A DNA stretch of 64,000 nt, from IMG/VR virus record IMGVR_UViG_3300020191_000008, positions 1 through 64,000 of that record. One strand, 5' to 3'. Made by a program: the position numbers and the translations under genes. A model generated the notes under the pieces. It was not told the origin of the DNA. It saw only the letters and a list, made by a program, of their open reading frames with translations, and did no database searches. Positions 54,283-62,440 of the stretch are shown here, one piece after another (position 1 is the first letter of the stretch; each line of letters starts with the position of its first letter). The DNA comes from a virus (lineage: Duplodnaviria; Caudoviricetes).

Positions 54283-55307
54283 AGAAAGTAATCATCACAG
54301 GAGTCACAGGACAAGACGGCAGTTTTATGGCTGACCACCTCTTGAAGAATACGGAGCACACCATTGTTGCTGGTGTTCGTAGACTAAGCGTTAAGAATCA
54401 TGATAATATTTCTCATTTAGTTAATCACCCTCGCTTCAAGCTAATTGACTTAGATGTTACTGATTCTGTAAATACAGAAGATGTCATAGCTAAAGAGAAG
54501 CCAGATTATTTTATTAATTTTGCGGCTAATTCTTTTGTTGGTGTTAGTTGGACTCAACCTGCTAACCACATGAATACAAACGCTATGGCTGTAATGTACC
54601 AGCTTGAGGCGATTCGCAAACATTGCCCTAAATGCCGTTATTATAATGCTGGTTCCTCAGAGGAGTTTGGGGACGTTTTACATTCTCCACAATCAGAACT
54701 TCATCCTTTGCGACCAAGAAGTCCTTACGGTGTTTCTAAGGCTAGCGCGAGGCACATGGTAAAAGTATGGAGAGATTCCTACAATTTGTTCGCTATTCAA
54801 GGATGGCTGTTTAACCATGAAGGAACTCGTCGCGGAGAAGAGTTTGTAACTCGTAAGATTACCAAAAACGTAGCTCGTATTAAAAATGAATATATTAATG
54901 GTGATTTTGAGCCTCTTGAATTAGGTAATGTAGATGCCAAGCGAGATTGGAGTGATGCTGAAGACTTTGTCAAAGGTGTTTGGCTAATGCTCAATCAAGA
55001 ACAGCCAAAAGAGTACGTCTTATCTTCAAATGAAACTCATACCATCCGTGAATTCGTTGAGGAGGCTTTTAATTTCGCAGGTTTTGGTTGTGAGAAGTGT
55101 CGCTGGGAAGGGCGTGGAGTTAATGAAAAATATTACCACGAAGATAAGGTTCTAGTACAGATCAATCCTGAGTTCTATCGTCCTGCTGAAGTAGACCTGC
55201 TTCTAGGAGACTCCTCATTAGCAAGAAGAGATCTTAGCTGGAACCCTCAGACTGATTTTCTAGAATTAGTCAGAAAAATGGTTGCTTGTGATCTGAATCA
55301 ATATTAG
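54279..55307 (+). CDS. gmd: GDP-mannose 4,6-dehydratase
   Basis: ITGVTGQDG, SSEEFG, PRSPYGVSK, LFNHE, FVTRKIT, LGNVDAKRDW, YRPAEVDLLLGD. Confidence 0.95.
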   Translation: MKKVIITGVTGQDGSFMADHLLKNTEHTIVAGVRRLSVKNHDNISHLVNHPRFKLIDLDVTDSVNTEDVIAKEKPDYFINFAANSFVGVSWTQPANHMNTNAMAVMYQLEAIRKHCPKCRYYNAGSSEEFGDVLHSPQSELHPLRPRSPYGVSKASARHMVKVWRDSYNLFAIQGWLFNHEGTRRGEEFVTRKITKNVARIKNEYINGDFEPLELGNVDAKRDWSDAEDFVKGVWLMLNQEQPKEYVLSSNETHTIREFVEEAFNFAGFGCEKCRWEGRGVNEKYYHEDKVLVQINPEFYRPAEVDLLLGDSSLARRDLSWNPQTDFLELVRKMVACDLNQY

Positions 55308-55310
55308 GAT
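55282..55310 (+). promoter_or_regulatory. leaderless sigma70 promoter for recombination/replication operon
   Basis: TTGCTT-N17-TAGGAT-N6-ATG(55317). Confidence 0.7.
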
Positions 55311-55316
55311 TGGTCT

Positions 55317-55763
55317 ATGCCAAGAGGTAAGAGGACATGCCCCAAATGCTCTGCCTTATGCTCTACCCGTTCTCACGAGTGTGAGTGCGGGTTTAGTTTT
55401 AAAAATCAAAAAAAATCACCTAAAAAGCCTACATATTACAAGGAAAAAATAGATTTCGTGAAGAGGATGCTTGGTGGTCAGCGTTCCATTAGTGCAAAGT
55501 TGGACATGATTACAGCAGCTAAGGTCTTCAAGAGATTTGAAAACGATGTAGATTTTTTACTGAAAGTCAAACCTCCCTTCAAATTAGACGGTACAATAAA
55601 GTACTTTTTAAGCAGTGATGGCTTGGCTTACTTGGACAAAAAATACAAGGAATTTCACTACAAACCAAAAAACTCAGAAAAAATGGTTGACCACAAGCTC
55701 AAAGTGGGAGAAGATAGAGTGATCGAAAAAAGAAAAACCCTGAGAGATTTTTTAGATGAGTAA
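55317..55763 (+). CDS. zinc-ribbon hypothetical protein
   Basis: CPKC...CECG. Confidence 0.75.
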   Translation: MPRGKRTCPKCSALCSTRSHECECGFSFKNQKKSPKKPTYYKEKIDFVKRMLGGQRSISAKLDMITAAKVFKRFENDVDFLLKVKPPFKLDGTIKYFLSSDGLAYLDKKYKEFHYKPKNSEKMVDHKLKVGEDRVIEKRKTLRDFLDE

Positions 55764-56883
55764 GAAGAGTGAAAAAAGCAAAGTTGGGACTTCGGAGTTT
55801 ATGTCGAAGTTTTTTGAAAGCAATAAGGAATTCCACTACAATTTTGAAGATACTGCGGAATCATACCTTGCCTCAACTGGCTCCATGATTTTAGATAAGT
55901 TTATCGGAGGTGGTTTGGGAGCTGGTCTACAGCGTTTTATTGGATGTAATGAGGGAGGCAAAACCAACGAAGCTCTCCATGTTATGAAGAACATGTTGGA
56001 GACCGTAGAGAAAACAAAGGGCCTCTACATCAAGGCGGAAGGTCGTTTGTCAAAAGATATCCAAAAGCGGTCTGGATTGAAATTTGTTACTGATCCTAGT
56101 GATTGGGAGCTTGGAACTTGTCTCGTGTGGGAGTGTCATATTTACGACACTGTTTTTGATGGTCTTAGAGAATTACTAAAAAATAATCCAGAAAAAGAAA
56201 GATTTTGCATTGTCATCGACAGTATGGATGGCTTGCTTCCTAAATCTGATTTAGCTAAAACCACTAGTGACGCAGCAAAAGTCGCAGCAGGTGCAGCTTT
56301 AACTTCAGACTTCTTAAAGCGGGTTAGTCTTGGTATGGGTAAATTTGGTCATATGTGCATAATGATCTCTCAGGTTCGGTCAACTATTAAGACGAGTCAG
56401 TATGCCAAAGGTGATCCAAACAATCAAACCAATTCTAGCGGTGGCAATGCAGCATTACATTATCCAGATTGGATTATTAACTTTGAAAAAAGAAATCAAG
56501 CAGATTTAATCCTCAAAGACCCAAAAGCTAAACCTAGCCCAGAGAACCCAATCATTGGGCATTATGCTAAAGTGCTAATCCAGAAATCCACTAACGAAAG
56601 TACTGGAATGAGGATTAGGTATCCAATTAAGCATGGTCGCTCTGATGGTAAGTCAATTTGGATTGAGCGTGAGATTATAGAAATGCTTCTTATGTGGAAT
56701 TTTATTGAGAAGTCTGGATCTTGGTTTAAAATCGACGAAGAGCTTCTGGATTACCTCAAGAATAGAGGGATCGATATCAACGAAAAATATCAGGGAATGC
56801 AGTCTTTGTATGATCTTCTTGAGAACAATGAAGAAGTACAAAAAGGCATGAGGTTCTTCATTGCAGAAAATGTATTCTCATGA
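55756..56883 (+). CDS. recA: RecA/UvsX-like recombinase
   Basis: STGSMILD..GGG, GCNEGGKT, YIKAEG, VIDSMD, ISQVR, SGGNAALHY, SGSWF. Confidence 0.9.
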   Translation: MSKKSEKSKVGTSEFMSKFFESNKEFHYNFEDTAESYLASTGSMILDKFIGGGLGAGLQRFIGCNEGGKTNEALHVMKNMLETVEKTKGLYIKAEGRLSKDIQKRSGLKFVTDPSDWELGTCLVWECHIYDTVFDGLRELLKNNPEKERFCIVIDSMDGLLPKSDLAKTTSDAAKVAAGAALTSDFLKRVSLGMGKFGHMCIMISQVRSTIKTSQYAKGDPNNQTNSSGGNAALHYPDWIINFEKRNQADLILKDPKAKPSPENPIIGHYAKVLIQKSTNESTGMRIRYPIKHGRSDGKSIWIEREIIEMLLMWNFIEKSGSWFKIDEELLDYLKNRGIDINEKYQGMQSLYDLLENNEEVQKGMRFFIAENVFS

Positions 56884-57287
56884 TTTTTTTAACGACAACA
56901 GGTCGTGAACAAAAGCTCAAGAATTCCTCTAAGTACTTAATTGATTGGGACAAGAAGTGTCGCAGTAAGATTCAGAAAAGGGTAAAAGATCTTTTGCACC
57001 GACATTGGATCTCTGATATTGTTTTTGAAGAGCTGCCTGTTCTTGGAACAAGGATGACCCTTGATTTTTATAATGCTAACAAAAAACTAGCAATAGAAGT
57101 TGATGGTAACCAGCATTACAAGTTCAACAAATTTTTTCACTCTAATTCTAGACAGAATTTTTTATCTCAACTACAAAGAGATGAGAAGAAGGAATATTTT
57201 TGTGAGATTAACCAAATTAGGCTTGTAAGAATACTAGAGAAGGATATTCTTGACCAAGACCTTCTTAAAAGGCTTGAGGTAATATGA
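56880..57287 (+). CDS. DUF559/Vsr-like PD-(D/E)XK endonuclease
   Basis: LDFY...LAIEVDGNQHY...RDEKK. Confidence 0.85.
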   Translation: MIFLTTTGREQKLKNSSKYLIDWDKKCRSKIQKRVKDLLHRHWISDIVFEELPVLGTRMTLDFYNANKKLAIEVDGNQHYKFNKFFHSNSRQNFLSQLQRDEKKEYFCEINQIRLVRILEKDILDQDLLKRLEVI

Positions 57288-57505
57288 ATAATTTTGACAA
57301 GACAGACAATACGTTACCAAAGAGTGTTCTCACTAAGCTGTTTGATTGCACGGGTTCTCCAAGTGGTAGCAATAAAGGGTTTTTCCTTTTTTACATCAAC
57401 GACTTAGGACAACCAACATTTGCGACTAAAACAGACAATAGCTGTGTAGATATGGCTCTTACAAAATTGGTGGAGATATCTTGTGAGAAGGAGGTCGGAG
57501 AATGA
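57284..57505 (+). CDS. hypothetical protein
   Basis: Coupled ORF between the endonuclease and helicase genes. Confidence 0.75.
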   Translation: MNNFDKTDNTLPKSVLTKLFDCTGSPSGSNKGFFLFYINDLGQPTFATKTDNSCVDMALTKLVEISCEKEVGE

Positions 57506-59049
57506 TTCATAGCATGGATCTAGAGAAGACTGTGCTAAAAGGTCTTTTGCAACACCCCCATAAGTGGGCTGAAGTTTCAGTTTTTTTAAATGAAAAAGAT
57601 TTTTTTAGTGAAGACTCTCAAGTTCATCTTTCTATCTTTAAGTTGATCCGCAATGCGTTGAACAATGCAGAGACAATAGATGACACGATACTTATTCCAA
57701 GATTAGAGCAGCTAAAGGTTAGTTTTCCAGATAGTATTGATTTACCAGAGTATATTCGGTCTCTAGTATACCACAAGATAACAGAAGAAATTTTTATTTC
57801 CTCAGTCAGAGAATTGAAGAAGTTTTCTGCTCGTCGTGAGATTTATTATTCTTCTAGAAATGTCGCCTCTTTTGTTAAAAAAGCTGATCCAGACTTGAAG
57901 TATTCTGAGATCATAGATAAAGCAGATGAGATATATAATAAGAACATAAAAGAGTTTGAGTTCAATGATGAAGGTCCAATCAACCTTTTCGACATCATGG
58001 AAGAGTTGGTTGAAGATAGGGGTAATAACCCTGTTGAAGAATCTGGCTTAATGGGTCCACACCAGAGGATCAATGACATTTATGGATCTTTACTGCTTGA
58101 GGGTAATATCTCTGTTATTGTAGCTCGCTCTGGAGTTGGTAAAACTCAGTTCTGTATGGATTATACTACTAGGACTGCGGCTAAGTACGACATCCCTGTT
58201 TTACACTTTGATAATGGAGAGATGAGTGAAGAGGAACTTACTCTTCGTCAGTGTTCCGCTATGACAGGCATTCCCATTTACCTCTTACAAAGCGGCAAAT
58301 GGAGAACTTCTAGCTATAAGGATTGGACGGTAGAAGAGGTTGTAGCAAGAGTTCGTAGTGCTTGGGATCAGATTAAATCTGGCAATATGAAATTCTATTA
58401 TGAAAATGTTGCTGGCATGTCTGCTGAAGAAATGTGCTCTTACCTAAAAAGATTTTACTATTCTAAAGTGGGCAGGGGGAACAAAATGATTTTTAGTTTT
58501 GATTACATCAAGACTGACTTTAATAACCTTGGTAAGAATGAGGGTTGGCAGCAAGTGGCTTCAATGGTTCACTTGTTCAAGCAGACAATTCACAGGGATC
58601 TTTGTTTTGATGGCAAGCCTTGTGTATCAATGATGACTTCTGTTCAGGCCAATAGACTTGGAATTACTGGCAATCGTGGTGCAGATGCAATTGTTGATGA
58701 TGAGAGTGTCGTTTCCCTTTCTGATGGCATTACTCAATTCTGTTCTCACTTGTTTTTGCTCAGAAGAAAAATTCCAGATGAGATACATGAAGATGGAGAT
58801 CGCTTTGGTACTCATAAGTTGGTCAATCTAAAAGCAAGACACTTGGGCAAAGAAGCTCTACGTGCAATTAATCCTGTTGAAATGCCAGATGGATCTAATC
58901 GTAAAAACTTTATCAATTTAAATATTGAAAACTTTAGAGTTGAAGAGAGAGGGGATCTGCAAGACGTTGTGAATTCAATAAATAATGTTGATGTTAATTT
59001 GCAGGAGGGTGAGTTGAGTGACGATATACCAATGGTCCTTTCAGAATGA
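57502..59049 (+). CDS. dnaB: DnaB-like replicative helicase
   Basis: ARSGVGKT, FDNGEMSEEE, FDYIK, SVQANR, SLSDGI. Confidence 0.92.
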   Translation: MIHSMDLEKTVLKGLLQHPHKWAEVSVFLNEKDFFSEDSQVHLSIFKLIRNALNNAETIDDTILIPRLEQLKVSFPDSIDLPEYIRSLVYHKITEEIFISSVRELKKFSARREIYYSSRNVASFVKKADPDLKYSEIIDKADEIYNKNIKEFEFNDEGPINLFDIMEELVEDRGNNPVEESGLMGPHQRINDIYGSLLLEGNISVIVARSGVGKTQFCMDYTTRTAAKYDIPVLHFDNGEMSEEELTLRQCSAMTGIPIYLLQSGKWRTSSYKDWTVEEVVARVRSAWDQIKSGNMKFYYENVAGMSAEEMCSYLKRFYYSKVGRGNKMIFSFDYIKTDFNNLGKNEGWQQVASMVHLFKQTIHRDLCFDGKPCVSMMTSVQANRLGITGNRGADAIVDDESVVSLSDGITQFCSHLFLLRRKIPDEIHEDGDRFGTHKLVNLKARHLGKEALRAINPVEMPDGSNRKNFINLNIENFRVEERGDLQDVVNSINNVDVNLQEGELSDDIPMVLSE

Positions 59050-60095
59050 CTGACTACAAATCTGTTTTAGAAGATCTTGGCTATCGATTAAAAGATCACG
59101 GGTCTTACTGGAGAACCAGTGCGGTTTACAGGTCTGGAGATAACTCTACAGCGTTACAGATCTACAAAGATACTGGTGTTTGGAAGGATTATGTGGAGGA
59201 TTCTATGTTTCTTCCTTTTGAGGCTTTACTTAAAAAAACCCTCAATACTAATGATAAGAGTGTTTTAAGTTCTTATTTGAAGAGCGATAGTGTAAACATA
59301 TATGAACGCGCTACTAAGAAACACCTTTTGAGTGAAGAAAAAACATTTCCAGATTCCTGTTTGAATCGCTTGCTACCTCATTACGACTTTTACCTAAACA
59401 GGGGTGTATCAGAAGATACTTTGAAAAAATTTAGATGTGGCTTGGCTATGTCTGGCAAAATGTATCAGCGAGTTATATTCCCTATTGTTCGCTCTGACGG
59501 CAAGATACACGGCTTTTCAGGTCGTAAGGTAACAGATGACCCCAGACCTAAGTGGCTTCACAATGGGAGGTGTTCTGACTGGTTTTATCCATACTATTCA
59601 ATAGATGAAGTTGCTGGCGCTATTGAAGAACATCGTTGTGTCTATATTGTAGAATCTATTGGAGACTGTATTTCTTTGTTTGATTCTGGAGTAAGGAATG
59701 TTCTTGTTTCTTTTGGATTGAATATCTCTCCAAAATTTATCTCAAAGCTACATTCTCTTCCATTGGATAAAATTTTTATAGCCTTTAATAATGATTTTAA
59801 TTCAGATTCCAATAGGGGTTTTGAAGGTTCTATTAAGTCTATATTTAAGCTTTGTGATCAAATCGATTTTGACAAGATATTTTTCTCTCCACCTCCAGAA
59901 AACGATTTTGGTGATATGAATGAAGATCAGATTAATAAATATGTTGAATATTGTTCTTCTACTCAACATAATGAATCAATGGCTAACGTTATTGATTTCG
60001 CCAAAGAGATGAATAAACGTGGGGTCAATAAAACTTTCTCTAGTAATTTAAGGAAGTTTGAGAAGAAATTCGACTTCCATTATGGAGAAATCTGA
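59046..60095 (+). CDS. dnaG: DnaG-like primase (Toprim)
   Basis: RVIFPI...GFSGR, PKW, IVESIGD, FNND, NDFGD. Confidence 0.88.
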   Translation: MTDYKSVLEDLGYRLKDHGSYWRTSAVYRSGDNSTALQIYKDTGVWKDYVEDSMFLPFEALLKKTLNTNDKSVLSSYLKSDSVNIYERATKKHLLSEEKTFPDSCLNRLLPHYDFYLNRGVSEDTLKKFRCGLAMSGKMYQRVIFPIVRSDGKIHGFSGRKVTDDPRPKWLHNGRCSDWFYPYYSIDEVAGAIEEHRCVYIVESIGDCISLFDSGVRNVLVSFGLNISPKFISKLHSLPLDKIFIAFNNDFNSDSNRGFEGSIKSIFKLCDQIDFDKIFFSPPPENDFGDMNEDQINKYVEYCSSTQHNESMANVIDFAKEMNKRGVNKTFSSNLRKFEKKFDFHYGEI

Positions 60096-61128
60096 AAATA
60101 AGCCCTTATCTGCATCAAGAATAAAAACGATGCAAACCTGCACTTGGCAATATTGGGCGAAGTACCACTTACGCTTGCCAGATAAGTCCAATCATGGATC
60201 TCTCCGTGGAACTATTTGTCACGCTATTTTTGAAAATCTAGGAAACCCTAGACATAGAAAGCATTACAGGGCAATAATAAAAGCCCAAGATATTAATGTT
60301 AGTCCTCCTATTAAGAGGATGGTCGATGCTTATGCAAAAAAGTATGAGATAGATGACTTTGAAAATATGGATCTAATCAACAAGATGACAGTTGAAGGTC
60401 TAAATTTTGATTTCTTTGGGGATACAAATGGAAAGCCTACGGAATCCATTTCAGAGAAGGATTTTGATATTTCTGTGAAAGAAGGAGACAAGGATTACAG
60501 AATATTAGGGTTCATAGATAAACTTTTCTTATTTAAAAGAAAAAAAACTGCAATCATCAGGGACTTTAAAACTTCCAAAAGCATTTTTGAGGGAAAGGAA
60601 TATTCAGATAACATGCAGGACTATATGTATTGCCTTGCTGTAAAATATTTATATCCAGAATACCTCAAACGTAAGATGGAATTTTTATTTTTAAAGTTTG
60701 ATCTTGAGGGCGAAGGCTGCTTAGAAATGGAGCCCTTGGACGATTTGGATTTAGAGGGCTTTGAATACTTTCTTACTGACGTACAAAAAGTCATTAACAA
60801 CTTCAGTGAAAAAACTGCAAAGAGTGGTTTGGCTTGGGATAAAGGATATCCAGCAAAAGAAGACGGTTTCGCGGGTAAGATTGTTTGCGGTAGAGCTACT
60901 CACGTTGGTCAGTTGAAAAAAAATGGAGACTTGATGTGGCACTGCCCATTTAAATTTCCTTTCGACTATTATCACCTACTTGGAGAAGATGATAAGTTCA
61001 TAAAGTCTTCTTACGCAAAAAAAGATTTGCAAGAGATGTTGGATGATGGCAAGGGAGTCAGGATTGAGAAGAAAAAATACGCGGGTTGTCCAGCTTTTTC
61101 GTTTGACATGGACGAGGATCTTCTCTAA
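60082..61128 (+). CDS. PD-(D/E)XK (RecB/Cas4/AddB-like) exonuclease
   Basis: LSASRI...C.WQY, GT.CH, GFIDKL, IRDFKT, Q..MY; C-terminal Cys cluster. Start MEKSEN (60082). Confidence 0.85.
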   Translation: MEKSENKPLSASRIKTMQTCTWQYWAKYHLRLPDKSNHGSLRGTICHAIFENLGNPRHRKHYRAIIKAQDINVSPPIKRMVDAYAKKYEIDDFENMDLINKMTVEGLNFDFFGDTNGKPTESISEKDFDISVKEGDKDYRILGFIDKLFLFKRKKTAIIRDFKTSKSIFEGKEYSDNMQDYMYCLAVKYLYPEYLKRKMEFLFLKFDLEGEGCLEMEPLDDLDLEGFEYFLTDVQKVINNFSEKTAKSGLAWDKGYPAKEDGFAGKIVCGRATHVGQLKKNGDLMWHCPFKFPFDYYHLLGEDDKFIKSSYAKKDLQEMLDDGKGVRIEKKKYAGCPAFSFDMDEDLL

Positions 61129-61131
61129 GAT
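61103..61131 (+). promoter_or_regulatory. leaderless sigma70 promoter for polymerase operon
   Basis: TTGACA-N17-TAAGAT-N6-ATG(61138). Confidence 0.8.
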
Positions 61132-61137
61132 CAAGTC

Positions 61138-61839
61138 ATGATACCTCTCTTCAAGAGTCAGTACAGTATAGGTAAGTCTATATTGACTACAGAGAAAATA
61201 TTAGACATTGCCAAAATAAACTCTCTAGAAAGAGTGGTAATGGTAGAAGATTCGTTTTATGGGTTCAGGATTTTCAATCAAGTATTTCAGGAAGAGGGCA
61301 TCCCACTGGTTTTTGGGTTGAGGATAAATGTGTTACAAAATGAGGGAGATATCAATGAGAAGCCAAGTAAACTTGTTCTCTTTGCGAAGAACAATCAAGG
61401 AATACAAGATCTGAAGAGGCTTTATTCAGATGCTTCTTTAAGCGATAAGAATTCCTTGATTTTATCTGCCTATAGGGATAAAGATTTTGAGAATCTAAAG
61501 GTATGTGTTCCTTTTTATGACTCTTACATTTTCAATAATTTATTTTTCTTTGGTCTATCTCATATTGAGATAAGTCATTTAAACCCGACTTACTTTATTG
61601 AAGACAATAATCACCCTTTTGATTTTCAGATTAGATCGGTTATCAAAGAGCTAAATGTAAAAACTCAGATGGTCAAAACTATTCTTCATCATAATAAAGA
61701 TGATTTTGAGGCTTTACAAATGTACAAGGCTGCTTGCAGTAGATCTGGAGGCAAGTCTCCAACTTTTCAAAACCCAAACTTAAATCACTTCTGTTCAGAC
61801 GAGTTCTGCTGGGAGTCTTATAAAGATGCTACCACATAA
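61138..61839 (+). CDS. stand-alone PHP domain of DNA polymerase III alpha
   Basis: SQYSIGKS, LVLFAKNNQGIQDLKRLYS match the DnaE N-terminus. Confidence 0.85.
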   Translation: MIPLFKSQYSIGKSILTTEKILDIAKINSLERVVMVEDSFYGFRIFNQVFQEEGIPLVFGLRINVLQNEGDINEKPSKLVLFAKNNQGIQDLKRLYSDASLSDKNSLILSAYRDKDFENLKVCVPFYDSYIFNNLFFFGLSHIEISHLNPTYFIEDNNHPFDFQIRSVIKELNVKTQMVKTILHHNKDDFEALQMYKAACSRSGGKSPTFQNPNLNHFCSDEFCWESYKDATT

Positions 61840-62440
61840 TCAAAAATATTTAGTTTTCGACACGGAGACTGAGGGTCTTAATCTTCATTCCTCTCGTACT
61901 TGGCAAGTTTCTTGGTTGATTTGTCAAGGCAATAAGATAATCAAAGAGAATGATAGATTTATTAGTCACAAAGATCTACAAATAAATAAAAAGGTAGAGC
62001 ATTTGACTGGTTTTAGTTGGGATAAGTATAATGAGAGGAAGGAGCCTTTGAAGAAAGTTTGGGCTGATTTTAAAGCTGATTTGTTTAACCCAGAATACAA
62101 AGTTGTTGGTCAGAACTTGCTTGGCTTCGATGTTTACATGGTAGCTGGGATGCAGAGATTATTAGGGGAGACCCCAGATTACTCTTACCTTGAACGAATC
62201 TATGATACTAGAGCTTTGGGAAAGGCTTATAGGGAAGATCTAGACAAGCCTAAAACCAACATGCTTAGTTGGCAGTATAAAATAATTCATGACAGATCTC
62301 TTAAAGCGAGGGTTTCTCAGAATCAGTTATTGAAGTTTTTTGGAATTGAATTTGAAGAGGAGAAGCTTCATGATGCACTGTATGATAACAAGATGTGTTT
62401 CAAGGTTTTTTCGGCACTTAAAAAAGAAATGAATTTATAA
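61826..62440 (+). CDS. DEDDh 3'-5' exonuclease (epsilon-like)
   Basis: VFDTETEG, GQNLLGFD, YDT, LHDALYD. Confidence 0.9.
   Translation: MLPHNQKYLVFDTETEGLNLHSSRTWQVSWLICQGNKIIKENDRFISHKDLQINKKVEHLTGFSWDKYNERKEPLKKVWADFKADLFNPEYKVVGQNLLGFDVYMVAGMQRLLGETPDYSYLERIYDTRALGKAYREDLDKPKTNMLSWQYKIIHDRSLKARVSQNQLLKFFGIEFEEEKLHDALYDNKMCFKVFSALKKEMNL

Noticed and set aside
60082-61128. Cas4 indicating a CRISPR system
   Set aside because: It lies in the replication operon with no array or other cas genes; a generic RecB/AddB-like exonuclease is more parsimonious.
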